Below, piece after piece: positions 1 through 10,666 of a stretch of DNA of 64,000 nucleotides; the first letter of the stretch is position 1, and every line of letters begins with the position of its first letter. Source of the stretch: a virus. The translations under genes were made by a program, and so were the position numbers. Under the pieces are notes generated by a model. That model was not told where the DNA came from, ran no database searches, and was given only the letters and a program-made list of their open reading frames with translations. The stretch lies in UHGV virus genome UHGV-1380027; one strand, 5' to 3'.

Positions 1-18
1 ATTTATCAACGAGAAGGT

Positions 19-498
19 GTGAATATGGACTACAGCTACTGCGGAGAAGAAGTACCTTTTAACTACAGCAATCTCACCACGAGCAATCCATATGAGACTC
101 GTCACGGCACGCATATCATTGCTATTGACTTTGATGGAACGTTTAATGCGAGCCCTTTCATCTTCTCCCGCCTTATTAAGGACCTGAAGAAGGAGGGGTG
201 GACAGTCTATCTTGTGACTTTCCGATTCATCACTCAAGACAACGTGGACATCGAATACTGGCGCAAGGAGCTCGATGTTGGAGTGTTTTATACTGGAGGC
301 GTTCAGAAGGCCGCTTATCTGGCGCAGTTTGATATCTACCCAGACATCTGGGTTGATGATTCTCCAGCTTGCATTCCGGCTAAGAATCAGTTAGAGTTTG
401 CAATGAAGGAGATTGAGTATAAGTCTGACGCTAAGCGTAACGGATGGCCCTTTATTATTGAAGATTACCCAGATCCTGAACCGGAGAAAGAACCATGA
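19..498 (+). CDS. HAD-superfamily phosphatase/nucleotidase-like protein
   Basis: ORF of 159 aa; N-terminal motif IAIDFDGTF matches the HAD DxDGT phosphoryl-acceptor motif; size fits small phage 5' nucleotidases or 3' phosphatases. Confidence 0.45.
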   Translation: MNMDYSYCGEEVPFNYSNLTTSNPYETRHGTHIIAIDFDGTFNASPFIFSRLIKDLKKEGWTVYLVTFRFITQDNVDIEYWRKELDVGVFYTGGVQKAAYLAQFDIYPDIWVDDSPACIPAKNQLEFAMKEIEYKSDAKRNGWPFIIEDYPDPEPEKEP

Positions 499-695
499 AA
501 CGAAGATACCATTACGTGATGTGGAAGTTATATCATGGTGCTGCTAAGGCTTATCGAGCCGTGTTTGGTAATGACAATCACTGCATTATGTTACACCTTA
601 CATCCATTGAGCATCACAATGAGTGGATTCGTGAAATCGTAATAGGTGACAAAGACTTTAAGTAAAGTATGGCTTTCTAGATGGAGACTGACTAA

Positions 696-1076
696 ATGTG
701 CAAGTGTAAATCTTATAATTGGAAAGTGAAAGGTGCCAAGCATCCAAATGTTATCGTTGATGTGCCTAAAAAGCTCCGTGACGGCAAAAAACGTGTGTGC
801 CTTGATAAGTGCATGGCTAAACCTATCATGAGTCTATGGGCGGCAGGATTGAAAACTCTAAACTGCTGCTGTGGTCATAACAAAGATGTTCCAAGCATCA
901 TTATCCCAGAGGATGCAGACCCTAAAGCTTATGCCAAAATACTGACTCGCTACCCCAGCACCTTTCTGATCGGAAAATGGTGTCACGATGAACTTCAATG
1001 GTGGATAGCGTACGGTAGTGTAGGTGCTGCTTTTGGCTTCCCAGCTTTGTCAGAGCGCTACGTCAAATCGTCATAA
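696..1076 (+). CDS. hypothetical Cys-rich protein
   Basis: ORF of 126 aa with clustered Cys/His (CKCK, CLDKC, NCCCGH, WCHD) suggesting metal binding; no family recognised. Confidence 0.3.
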   Translation: MCKCKSYNWKVKGAKHPNVIVDVPKKLRDGKKRVCLDKCMAKPIMSLWAAGLKTLNCCCGHNKDVPSIIIPEDADPKAYAKILTRYPSTFLIGKWCHDELQWWIAYGSVGAAFGFPALSERYVKSS

Positions 1077-1180
1077 TCTGTTTTAAGGCCTCAAACGAGG
1101 CCTGTGCCTTCATAAACTGCCTACCTCTGTGTGATTACCTCTCTAAATAAAATACCCTCTCAAATTGCTTAAAATTAAGC

Positions 1181-1209
1181 TTGACATCAACACCAGATTT
1201 ATATATATG
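1181..1209 (+). promoter_or_regulatory. sigma70-like promoter candidate upstream of the 1242 gene
   Basis: TTGACA at 1181-1186 followed after 15-17 bp by TATATA/TATATG; RBS GAGGAG lies 6 nt before the ATG at 1242. Confidence 0.4.
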
Positions 1210-1241
1210 ATTATCTCATCAACCAAGCAGAGGAGATTGTC

Positions 1242-1649
1242 ATGGATAATCTTGCAAGTGTGAACGTCGAAATTGTTAAACTAAAGTTCTTGGGCTTTCG
1301 AGACCCTAATTCTCTAACAGCTATACTGATGGATACCCACTTCACACCTGGGAAAGAGTACACTGCCTTCCGTTATATTTGTGGAGATCACGAATCGGCC
1401 TATAGTGTGAATACAAACCTCGGCGAGGGGTATTTCATCAAAGATATCACAGATCACTTGTGGGGTATGTGGGAATTGGTGGAAGAAGAGAATAAATCCC
1501 TTCCCAAAGAGATTTGGGTGCACACCTTCCACACAGGTAAGTTCGGAGGTACGGAACATAAGTCTATCCACTATGAAGAAGAAAGTGCCATCAAACAACA
1601 AGCTGTGCTTGGTGGATCTGTAGAAAAATTTGTTAAATGCGAGGACTGA
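1242..1649 (+). CDS. hypothetical protein
   Basis: ORF of 135 aa with good RBS, co-oriented with neighbours; no motif recognised. Confidence 0.4.
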   Translation: MDNLASVNVEIVKLKFLGFRDPNSLTAILMDTHFTPGKEYTAFRYICGDHESAYSVNTNLGEGYFIKDITDHLWGMWELVEEENKSLPKEIWVHTFHTGKFGGTEHKSIHYEEESAIKQQAVLGGSVEKFVKCED

Positions 1650-1652
1650 GAA

Positions 1653-1853
1653 ATGGCTGATTTTTGTAAAGATTGCTCTGAAGAGTTGTTTGGCTTTGAC
1701 TGCAAAGATTTGGAAGGTCTGATCACTGAGGATCAGTGGAAGGAAGGCTATGCAGCACCTGTTATTTGTGAAGGTTGTGGCTATACCTATGTTGACCATA
1801 AAGGTAAGCGCGTCAAGCCGTCTGAAGATGGGGCATGTTGGGAGTATTACTAA
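1653..1853 (+). CDS. small zinc-ribbon protein
   Basis: 66 aa with paired CxxC motifs (CKDC ... CEGC); start 4 nt after the upstream stop. Confidence 0.4.
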   Translation: MADFCKDCSEELFGFDCKDLEGLITEDQWKEGYAAPVICEGCGYTYVDHKGKRVKPSEDGACWEYY

Positions 1854-1866
1854 CTATAAAAAGAAA

Positions 1867-1891
1867 GGGGCCATTTGGCCCCCCTTTTTTT
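1867..1891. terminator. bidirectional rho-independent terminator between convergent blocks
   Basis: GGGGCC-ATTT-GGCCCC hairpin (1867-1882) followed by a T-run on plus and preceded by an A-run (T-run on minus); lies between plus gene end 1853 and minus gene end 1904. Confidence 0.7.
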
Positions 1892-1903
1892 ATCTACTAC
1901 TTG

Positions 1904-4900
1904 TTAAAGAGAGAAAGTCGCGTAGGCTCCCAGACGATACTGCTGGTCACCAGGGAACATAACACCTATAGAGGCTGTCCCTAGAATCCTGCCTTCCTTT
2001 CCAGACTCCATTCTGAACCCTACCCATCCTGAACTCCTTGCAGCCTCGATGTTGTCGCTATACCCGAAAGTGGCAAGATCGTCAACACCAGCCCCAAACA
2101 GCAACTGAAGCTGACTTCTCGGAAGCCCTATAATTTCAGGAATATATGCACCAAAGTACACCATCTGCCCTACCTTAGGACCGCTGCCGTACTCCATCGG
2201 CTTGCTTGTAGCAAAAGTCTTCATACCAGAAGTCCCTGCCGGATTAGGGTATGCCCCGTTTGTTGCTGTACCTATCCACATTCTCCACTGTGGTGTCATC
2301 TGTTTGACAGTAAAAGATGTTGAAGACGTTTTGCGACCTGCATCATCAGTAGCTACAAACTTTATAGTGACATTACCAGGAGCTTTAAATGTTACCAGCC
2401 CTGTGGTAGCATCCACTGTTGCAATGTTGGTATTACTGCTTTCCCAAGTCTTTCTAATCCCAGACACATTGGAAGGGGTAATAGAAGGTTCCTGCATCTG
2501 CAGTTTACCACCCACAATCCCTATGCCGTTACCTGGGTTATACAACGCACCAACTTCATCTATAATGTTACCTGCCTTGAGACTGTACTTCCTTGAGAAG
2601 TTGTAAGTTCCGTTATAAGCGTGTGTCCCTGAGAAGGTGACATCTGCTTTTCCGTAAGAGATGCAAACCAAAGCATACTTCCTGTCAGGCAACGTTTCTC
2701 CAGTCTCTGGGTGAGTTTTACCTACCTGGAACACACTCGGGTCAGTGGAGTCGTGGCTATCACTAACGGAGCTTGGACCACCCATCAGTTGTGACAAGCA
2801 ATTCCTTACCCATGTCCAGTTATTGTCACTGGAGAAGTCTACGGTCAAATCAAACACAACCCACTCATTTGGCTTCCACACAGGTGTTGTGATCAACTTA
2901 CCAACACCCCCACCCTGAAGAGTAGGAGATTGTTCAGTGATCAGGGCAGAGTATGCCAGAGTGCCCAACTGCATAGTCTGGCTTGCTGTCCTCACTACCT
3001 TAGAATCAGCATCTGTGAAGTTGTTGATGATCTGGAATGTGCCATAAGTGTTTTTACAGGTAATTCTGGCGTTCAGTGTGTCAATCTTCCTCACATCTGC
3101 CATAGCAGTGTTAGACACAGAGAAGTCAGAAGCTTTAGCTGAGTTTGCCGCAACAGCAGGATCAACGTTAAGAGTTGCGTTGAACTGACAAGCAGGGGTA
3201 ACCAGCAGCTTGTTATCACCTATTTGCTTCCATGAAACACTTTGAACAGGGAGATTCCATTTAATACCTGAGAAAACTTTAGCAACCCTTGGTCCCAGGG
3301 CTCCAGTCCTGTTGTCTTTACAGCACATGGACATGGTGATCGTTGACGGAGTTGCCTGACCAAACAATTGCTGTGCTTTTACAGAGGACATAGTGTAGAA
3401 ATTGTCCTTAACAAACTCATCAGCCGCTAACGATCCGTCAGATCTCCACCATTGTACCTGGTAGCCTGTCTTATCCCAGCCACCAACCTGCTTCAAGTCC
3501 TCCCAAGAGATTTCCAGATCCCCAGTGGTAGGGTTGATTGCCGCAGTTCCTGGTGTTCCAGATGACCATATTGGGATATCGAACCACGCTGGTTTAACAG
3601 ACTGCACTGCGTTAGGTCCTATTGCAGCAGCAAGTTGTTGACCCATCAATACGCGAGCATCTTTCACCAGGCCCCGCTCAATCATAGATCCAGAGTAACC
3701 CTCTTTCTTATATGCAGAGGACCCGTTCAAATGGATGAGCCTGCTGCAGTCGAAGCCATACGCTCCACCACCATTAGGGTCTGCGAAGTTAGTTATGATT
3801 CTATCCCTAATATTTTTCCATGCCCTACCCCCAATCTCGTAGTCATGGTCATAACATCTTTGCAGCGTTGTCCAGCAAATGATTGCCATTCTTCTGCCAC
3901 CTGTAAACCCGAAAGCGCCGTCATTCAACTCTTTCCACAGGTAGCAGTTAGTTGTCCACATAGCTCTGTGAATGTTGAACCAGTTTATGGACTTGGCTGA
4001 GTTATCCCACTGAGTCCCAGGTAATTCAGGCCACACTGCATTAACCAGCATGTCTTCTGTTCCTGCATCAACCAAGAACCCTCTTACCTTTTTACCCATG
4101 CCTACCCTGTCTTTTGCAATCCAACTGCCAAACAATCTCAGTTTTGGACCGTAAACAACATCTTCCGGATGCTCAAAAGAGACATACTTTAAGTAGATTG
4201 TTGGGTCACCGTAGGTGCCATCACAAACACTTTTGTGCATGTTTTCGCCAAGATCTAGACGAAGCCCTGTCACCACTTTAGACGTGTCAGTGAATTTGTC
4301 TGTTAAATCAAATTCATACCACCACCATCCACCACCAAGCATAAATTTCTTGCATCGAGTATTGTCTGTATCAGATATTCTCTTATCCCCTGCAAAAGGT
4401 GAATCAGCAAACTGATAATGCAGAGCAGTCTCGAATAGATGTGTTGAGGTTCCGTTTTCTGCAAGAACTTGCTTACCTATTAAGTCGCACTTAATGATCA
4501 TCACAACACGTTTGTACCCGTTTGTTACTGGAACTTGCATAGATATGGATGTTCCGTCCATGTTCGATCTTAGTGCTGTCATGATGATATATGGGTCAAC
4601 AGCGTTGCCTAAAGTTTCAGGCCCTGGGATTATCTTGTACTTCTTAACCTGCCCCATGAACCTGTCACTGGCGTAAGTTGCAGCCTCAAAGCAAGATCCT
4701 CCATTAGGCAGTTCGCCAGGACCCCAGAAAAATGCGCCATAACAGTTATAAAACCACTTGTTAGGGTCGTATTTGTTCTTGAAGGTCTGAACCTCGTTAG
4801 CCTGTTTTGTCAAGAAAACCTGCGTATCTGTAAAGATTGCAGGATTTACTCTCGCCTGACGTGGAGGGTACCCTGTCGATTGGTTAAACCACTGATTACA

Positions 4901-7540
4901 AGAGTAATCTCTCATATAGTCATAATCAGAGTATTTGTTTGCATCTTCGTTCCAACACATATTTAGGTTGGTACCGCCCATGCACACAATGTATTCTGCG
5001 ATATACTTATCGCTTCTGGTAGGAATACCTATGAACCATCTATTAACAGGCTCATCCCAAGCTGTGCGCTCATCTTTAACGCAGATAGCAATCCAGTCAT
5101 GTGTTCCTGTTTTCTTGCATACATCTCGCTTCATACCGTAGTAGAACTCTTTAGTATTCGGCTCAGGTGCATTTATCAGGTAACTCCATGCCTGATTTGC
5201 ATAAGTTCCATTGGTTCGCGGGTCATGATCAAAGGCATACATGATGATCCTTTCCCCACCAAGATGTTCGCCAAGAGTAACTTTGACATTCACATCGCCG
5301 TAACCATTGCGAACAACATCCATATTATCAATAGAGATGCCCCTAGGGGTGTAGGCAATTTTCAGAGAGCTATCTTCACTGGTGCCTCCAAGTGTAATCC
5401 CTATGTTGTTTGTTGTCCCGTCGGCATATCTTACTGTGGCTTCCCAGCGTATTCCGAAATATCCTGCATCATGGCTGACAATTTTCAGTGTACGAGCACC
5501 TGGGTGAGGTTTTCCAGGATCAGGCCAAGGGTCTGGGTGTTCGTGGACAGTCAACGACGTTCCGTTTTGCTCGTTAACCTGCAACATTTTACCGCCTCTG
5601 CCGTTAGGGTTGAACTCCCATACGGCCTGTGTCTGCACTAAGTTGTTGTAGGTATTTCGTCTCTGATCATAAATCTCTTGGGTAACATCATAGGTGACTG
5701 ATCCAGCATCCATTCTGTGGAGTCGGACCATATACGATGTATCTCCTTCTACCGCAGGCTGAGTCCCATTCAGCCCGAAGTATACAGTATCGTTAACATG
5801 GAACTGCTTGTTTCTACCAACGGTATGCCACTTACCGTCAGAAGGATACGCAGGAACTATGGTGTTCCAGTTCAAAGTCCTTGTCGTGTGAGTTCTTCCT
5901 GTGCCATGTTTGTCATGATAGGTTATTTTTACAGAGTACAGGCCACGTCTGTTAACATTCCTGTTATACTGAGTAACAACAACTTCGTTGGCCCCGCCGT
6001 GGTTCCAGTTGGTGGAGAATTGGTAATTTGCATCTGTAACAACCGTACCCGCAGCATTTACCAGTTCAATCTTGTCAATAATGAACGTAGCCCCCTCTGG
6101 CTGAGGCTTCAATTTCATCTTGACCGTGTCACCAATGTAAATATTGCTAACACTGCTAACACCGTTAACGTCAAAAATATCATCAACACCCCAACTGTCT
6201 ACTGGGACATTTTTATACCAATTCTCAGGAACCTCTGTGAACCCCTGACTATTAAGTCTGCCGCCAAACAGGTTGTTAGAGCCTGCAAAACTTCCCCTTG
6301 GGATGCCTGACCACCAAAGTTTACCATTAACAACAGTAAAGGTACCTAAAAAACCTTCTCTGTGAATGCCCTGGAAATAAACACTCTCTGTCCAGCTAAC
6401 TGGGAGGCGTTGCTCAACGTATTTGGCTGTGGCAAGAGCTTGATAGTGGATAAAATTGGCCCTAGGGTTATTGTTTGCAGATTGTGCGCCAATATCATTA
6501 CATAAGTTGCGAGAGAATCCGCGATACTGCTTAGTGCCATTATTGAAGAAAATGCCACTTGTTCCGTACCCACGAGCCATTATTACTTCATGGGTGTAGG
6601 TAATATTTAAGGAACGCCATGTATCATCTCCCCAGACATCTTGCCCGTAGAATACGTTAACAAGCTGCTGATCATTAGGCTTGTGCATCCTCTGCGTTGC
6701 AATTATCGCCCCGTTCGGACCACACATGAATCCTTTCCACTCCTCCTCTGCAGGAATGCCTTTCAAATCGTTGCGAGTAATCTGAGCAGGGGGCCAAACA
6801 AGGTCGTTTCTACTGTTGTTTCTCAGAAAGTCGTATCCAGCAATCCAAAAACCTCTGGGCCCACCGAAAATAACAGAGTTGTCATGCACCTCGCAGTTGA
6901 TACTTGGGTTTTTCCAAGGGCCTGTTTCAGGATTTTCCGATGTTTCACCAATCTTTACAGGGGTTGCATGCTGGTTCTTATCTACATGTAAAGATCCGTA
7001 GGTGTTGTTACCAGACCCGTACAGGTGTAAAATGCCGTCACCCTCAGCCTCTGCCATAACCCAAACAGTGTTGTTAATACCGCCCATTACCTCGATAAGG
7101 CGCTCTGGGTGGGTGTCAAGGTGCAATCCTTGAACAATCTGTTCCGGAAGAGGTGTCCACTCGTTTACGCAAACATCGTTACCACCTGCCGCAGTGGATC
7201 CGATAAGACCTGCAGTGCAGCCGATGTAGAAAAACTGGTTATCAAAAGTCCGGATCACAAACGCACGGTCTGCTCTCCACACATGATCAACATTCCAGGC
7301 CGTCTCGCTCGGGTAGTTTATAGGGTTACGATCCCCAGTGCGACACTCCCCGAACTTGTTATAGCCAGTAATATTAAGCTGACCATCGTCAAAAAGTATA
7401 GCTAAGCTATTTACATAAGCTACTGTAGTGCTTGTACCGTCACTGTTGTCTATTGGGTATGACAGAACAGCAAGTTCCTTAACTCCACCCCTCTTATCGA
7501 GGAAATGACGACCAAGTTTTAGCAAAGGGATTGGAAGCAT
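1904..7540 (-). CDS. giant multidomain tail fiber/adhesin-like structural protein
   Basis: 1878 aa ORF, last gene of the late operon; Gly/Asn/Thr-rich repetitive beta-type sequence; C-terminal stretch resembling bacterial Ig-like domains; position downstream of the fiber genes. Confidence 0.5.
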   Translation of the reverse strand: MLPIPLLKLGRHFLDKRGGVKELAVLSYPIDNSDGTSTTVAYVNSLAILFDDGQLNITGYNKFGECRTGDRNPINYPSETAWNVDHVWRADRAFVIRTFDNQFFYIGCTAGLIGSTAAGGNDVCVNEWTPLPEQIVQGLHLDTHPERLIEVMGGINNTVWVMAEAEGDGILHLYGSGNNTYGSLHVDKNQHATPVKIGETSENPETGPWKNPSINCEVHDNSVIFGGPRGFWIAGYDFLRNNSRNDLVWPPAQITRNDLKGIPAEEEWKGFMCGPNGAIIATQRMHKPNDQQLVNVFYGQDVWGDDTWRSLNITYTHEVIMARGYGTSGIFFNNGTKQYRGFSRNLCNDIGAQSANNNPRANFIHYQALATAKYVEQRLPVSWTESVYFQGIHREGFLGTFTVVNGKLWWSGIPRGSFAGSNNLFGGRLNSQGFTEVPENWYKNVPVDSWGVDDIFDVNGVSSVSNIYIGDTVKMKLKPQPEGATFIIDKIELVNAAGTVVTDANYQFSTNWNHGGANEVVVTQYNRNVNRRGLYSVKITYHDKHGTGRTHTTRTLNWNTIVPAYPSDGKWHTVGRNKQFHVNDTVYFGLNGTQPAVEGDTSYMVRLHRMDAGSVTYDVTQEIYDQRRNTYNNLVQTQAVWEFNPNGRGGKMLQVNEQNGTSLTVHEHPDPWPDPGKPHPGARTLKIVSHDAGYFGIRWEATVRYADGTTNNIGITLGGTSEDSSLKIAYTPRGISIDNMDVVRNGYGDVNVKVTLGEHLGGERIIMYAFDHDPRTNGTYANQAWSYLINAPEPNTKEFYYGMKRDVCKKTGTHDWIAICVKDERTAWDEPVNRWFIGIPTRSDKYIAEYIVCMGGTNLNMCWNEDANKYSDYDYMRDYSCNQWFNQSTGYPPRQARVNPAIFTDTQVFLTKQANEVQTFKNKYDPNKWFYNCYGAFFWGPGELPNGGSCFEAATYASDRFMGQVKKYKIIPGPETLGNAVDPYIIMTALRSNMDGTSISMQVPVTNGYKRVVMIIKCDLIGKQVLAENGTSTHLFETALHYQFADSPFAGDKRISDTDNTRCKKFMLGGGWWWYEFDLTDKFTDTSKVVTGLRLDLGENMHKSVCDGTYGDPTIYLKYVSFEHPEDVVYGPKLRLFGSWIAKDRVGMGKKVRGFLVDAGTEDMLVNAVWPELPGTQWDNSAKSINWFNIHRAMWTTNCYLWKELNDGAFGFTGGRRMAIICWTTLQRCYDHDYEIGGRAWKNIRDRIITNFADPNGGGAYGFDCSRLIHLNGSSAYKKEGYSGSMIERGLVKDARVLMGQQLAAAIGPNAVQSVKPAWFDIPIWSSGTPGTAAINPTTGDLEISWEDLKQVGGWDKTGYQVQWWRSDGSLAADEFVKDNFYTMSSVKAQQLFGQATPSTITMSMCCKDNRTGALGPRVAKVFSGIKWNLPVQSVSWKQIGDNKLLVTPACQFNATLNVDPAVAANSAKASDFSVSNTAMADVRKIDTLNARITCKNTYGTFQIINNFTDADSKVVRTASQTMQLGTLAYSALITEQSPTLQGGGVGKLITTPVWKPNEWVVFDLTVDFSSDNNWTWVRNCLSQLMGGPSSVSDSHDSTDPSVFQVGKTHPETGETLPDRKYALVCISYGKADVTFSGTHAYNGTYNFSRKYSLKAGNIIDEVGALYNPGNGIGIVGGKLQMQEPSITPSNVSGIRKTWESSNTNIATVDATTGLVTFKAPGNVTIKFVATDDAGRKTSSTSFTVKQMTPQWRMWIGTATNGAYPNPAGTSGMKTFATSKPMEYGSGPKVGQMVYFGAYIPEIIGLPRSQLQLLFGAGVDDLATFGYSDNIEAARSSGWVGFRMESGKEGRILGTASIGVMFPGDQQYRLGAYATFSL

Positions 7541-7588
7541 TGTGTTCTCCAGATAAGAAAACCGCCCCGTCAGGAGCGGTCAGATATA

Positions 7589-9334
7589 TTAACGTTGTGC
7601 AATAACCACATCCACAATATCACCAACACCACAATATGTCAATTGTAGCAAGGTGACACTGTTGGCTTTGTTGTTAATAACAGGAGTAGCCGACAGTATG
7701 GCATATTTATCGTGTAAAGTCACGTTGTGGCCTACAGCATCCTGAATGACATAGATGATTGCAGTGAACGGGTAAGGTTTATCTTCAGCCGATGTTCCAG
7801 GCCATTGCCCTATTGTAAAATCCCCTTTCGCGTGGACAACATACATATTGGCCTGCCCGTTAGGTGTCCATGTCCCACTAGATGCGTCAGCCTCCTCTAA
7901 GTCAAACTCCACCTTCCCTGCATGGAAAGCAGGGGCAGTAATAGTTTTACCAGCTTCAATTTCTTGAGAGGTGGTTATCTTGCCACTAGAGTTAATGCCA
8001 TTACAGACAAAGTTGACATTAGAGAAGTCTGGCAGCCACCCAGTCACTGTACCTGATATTTCAAGGTTGTGAAGGTGGGTGGTGCCAGTCCCTGCTGCGT
8101 TTAAACTAACATCTCCATTTACCTGCAAGTTTCTGGTAACGTTGCAGTTTTCAGAGTTTGCAGTTGTTGCAGTTAAAGTGGTGGTTGTCAGCTCGGTAAT
8201 TACACCTTTGTTGGCTGTAAGTCCTTCTCCTTCAAAAGTGGCACGCTCATTCACCCTCAGAGTATTTAAAGATATGTTCTGGACAGATGCTGTGCCACGA
8301 ATGACTATAGATCCTCCAACCTCTAAATCTCCATTGATCAGTGCATCTCCCGTGCTTTCAATATAGCTAGGGTAGATCATGGTGCCATCTACAGAGTAGG
8401 TTATCCCTGTAACGGTGCCTGTCACCTCAAGGTTCTTAACCCTAGTGGTCCCATCAACCTGCAATGTCGGTTCGGTGGCTGCCTTCATGGCATTACCGCG
8501 AATGTACACGTAGTCAAAAAAGTTATTACCTAGACCATCAAAATGCACATCGTTGTTATTAGCCACTGGTTTCCCAGAAGTTATAGTGTCAGCTATAACT
8601 CTGTGAGTTGATACTTCATGAGGTTGCAGCTCTGTGCTCCTCCAGTCTGCATGCTTAGGATCGCTCCACGCAAAAGTCAGTGTAGAAGTATTTGCCGTAA
8701 GGATTAGGTTCCTGAAGCGTGCAGTAGAATCTGCTCCATTAACAGGTCCGTGTAAGGTAAGGGTACCCCCAACTATAGTGTTAGCAAGTTCTGTAAGACC
8801 TTTTACCACCAAAGATCCTACAGTAACTTTCATCCCCTCCATGGCTTTAAATATGCTATCCACATAGTCAACAACAAACTCTGTGTTTGCTATAGACTCG
8901 GACTTATCATCCATTGGAGGTGTAGGTACTCTCGGGTCACCTTCGAACCTTGGGCTGTTAAGTTTTGCGTAGTATTTTGCCATTACTGCAGAGTCGGTGT
9001 ATAATCTCCAGTTCGGAGATTGTGAAGGATCTGCTGGCATCCTAACCGGGTTAGATTTTGACGCTGCTGGAGCGTACCACCACTGAGGGCCTGTATCTCC
9101 TTTAAACTCATACAGCTGGTTAAAAACTGTTGTGGATGCACCATACGCCCAAGGGATCGGTGGCGTTTTAAAATAAAGGTTGTCAAGCATGGCTTTTCGT
9201 ACCGTAGGGATAGTGGTCCCATCCTCTACGACAACTTCATCCACAGCGTTACCGTTGACAACCAAGTGCAAACGTTCAGAATCAACAATTACTTGATCTA
9301 CCGCCTGCTCGAAGCTTGTCATGTCTTGCGCCAT
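7589..9334 (-). CDS. tail fiber/tailspike protein
   Basis: 581 aa, Thr/Gly/Asn-rich repeats typical of beta-helical fibers; co-oriented within the fiber cluster. Confidence 0.45.
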   Translation of the reverse strand: MAQDMTSFEQAVDQVIVDSERLHLVVNGNAVDEVVVEDGTTIPTVRKAMLDNLYFKTPPIPWAYGASTTVFNQLYEFKGDTGPQWWYAPAASKSNPVRMPADPSQSPNWRLYTDSAVMAKYYAKLNSPRFEGDPRVPTPPMDDKSESIANTEFVVDYVDSIFKAMEGMKVTVGSLVVKGLTELANTIVGGTLTLHGPVNGADSTARFRNLILTANTSTLTFAWSDPKHADWRSTELQPHEVSTHRVIADTITSGKPVANNNDVHFDGLGNNFFDYVYIRGNAMKAATEPTLQVDGTTRVKNLEVTGTVTGITYSVDGTMIYPSYIESTGDALINGDLEVGGSIVIRGTASVQNISLNTLRVNERATFEGEGLTANKGVITELTTTTLTATTANSENCNVTRNLQVNGDVSLNAAGTGTTHLHNLEISGTVTGWLPDFSNVNFVCNGINSSGKITTSQEIEAGKTITAPAFHAGKVEFDLEEADASSGTWTPNGQANMYVVHAKGDFTIGQWPGTSAEDKPYPFTAIIYVIQDAVGHNVTLHDKYAILSATPVINNKANSVTLLQLTYCGVGDIVDVVIAQR

Positions 9335-9343
9335 GATTTCTCC

Positions 9344-9610
9344 TTAAGCTTTTTGCTCTTCGTTTTTAACGTGGTCAGGGTGCTGGCAACCCCACCGGAG
9401 CGAGATGAATTTGCTAATAAGCTGGGGGCAGGCTACTGAAGGTGCGTATATCCACGCATACCATTCAGGAAGCGTATCATTGTACCCCATATGAATAAAC
9501 ACCCCAGTCATCACTGCCATGCCTATGTTTGACCATAGCTTAGATTGGGACACTTTCGTAGGGTCATCCGATGCCGCAACCAACCCCCATAAAAACTGAG
9601 TTAATTTCAT
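9344..9610 (-). CDS. small membrane protein (holin-like or exclusion-type)
   Basis: 88 aa with two or three hydrophobic segments (FLWGLVAA, IGMAVMTGVFIHM, WYAWIYAPSVA) and a charged C-terminus; lies directly after a fiber gene. Confidence 0.3.
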   Translation of the reverse strand: MKLTQFLWGLVAASDDPTKVSQSKLWSNIGMAVMTGVFIHMGYNDTLPEWYAWIYAPSVACPQLISKFISLRWGCQHPDHVKNEEQKA

Positions 9611-9619
9611 TTACCCTCT

Positions 9620-10666
9620 TTAAGCATAAGATATAGTGATCCATTGACCGTTTACAAATTTTTGAATGGCACCAGTCCAATAGTCGCCTTGATACGGGTG
9701 TTTATAGGCGTAATTGCCGGAGCACATTACATGCCCAGGGTATACTCTTGATTCTCTGTAGGTGGTTCTGAAACGGTTTGCTATCCTTACATCTTCAACA
9801 CCCCTACTAGGCATAGGAATAGTAAGGTTACCACTGCTATCTGCGCTGCTACCATTTACCCTGCGGACCACGTTTCTCCCACCAACTGTTGCATATTGAC
9901 CCCTGGCGGTGTTATCGTTACAATCCACTCTTCCACCTATTTGAGCGCTGCCGCAGGATTGTTGTCCATTAACAGTGGCTCTTGGTATCGTTACCGCATT
10001 AGCATTTGCAGAGGAGCTTTTTGCATCATTGCATTCAAGATTCCCTTGGATAGCCAGTCTTGCACGGTTGGCAGTTATAGCATTAAGCTTCATAGCCGAA
10101 AACACAGGCTGCCCACCAGAAGGTTGAAATCTCCAACGGAAACCGTCTATTTGGTGAGAAGGATCATCAAGGTCTGTGCCGTCAGCGCCGCCGATGTTGT
10201 CCATAATCCAGAAATCCATCATCGTTTTGTCTGGAGTTATGGTGGTGTATATCGCTGCATTGTCTGTTGACGCGGATGCAAACTCGATTCTTTGAAGACC
10301 CAAAGTTTGAGTCTGGGTCATTGTGTCCCCAGTCTTGTCAACATACAGGTCATCCATTTCTTCAGGCGAGTATACATTGAGGACTTTACGTGCAGCAGCT
10401 TTGTCTGGAACGTCTGCCAGATTATTAGTGACCCTTAAGAATCTATTATCCCATCCAGGGACAACATCTTCTGTTAAATGCTTTAGCCACGCAGAGAGCA
10501 TGTGGAGTTCAAAGTTAACAACTTCACATGCTATCCTTTGTGTCATATCCCAACCTTTCAATCTCTCTTCTTTGTTCGGTTGAGACTTGTTCAACTCTCC
10601 TGTATTTTCAAGCACAACATCCTGATTGGCCCAAATATCGAGAGGGATAACTGGTTTAGTCATCAC
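9620..10666 (-). CDS. tail fiber protein (paralog B)
   Basis: 348 aa; N-terminus (PLDIWANQDVVLENT...) and C-terminus (KFVNGQWITISYA) parallel the 11679-12719 product, centre diverged; C-terminal motif resembles phage P2 gpH-type fiber tips. Confidence 0.5.
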   Translation of the reverse strand: MMTKPVIPLDIWANQDVVLENTGELNKSQPNKEERLKGWDMTQRIACEVVNFELHMLSAWLKHLTEDVVPGWDNRFLRVTNNLADVPDKAAARKVLNVYSPEEMDDLYVDKTGDTMTQTQTLGLQRIEFASASTDNAAIYTTITPDKTMMDFWIMDNIGGADGTDLDDPSHQIDGFRWRFQPSGGQPVFSAMKLNAITANRARLAIQGNLECNDAKSSSANANAVTIPRATVNGQQSCGSAQIGGRVDCNDNTARGQYATVGGRNVVRRVNGSSADSSGNLTIPMPSRGVEDVRIANRFRTTYRESRVYPGHVMCSGNYAYKHPYQGDYWTGAIQKFVNGQWITISYA

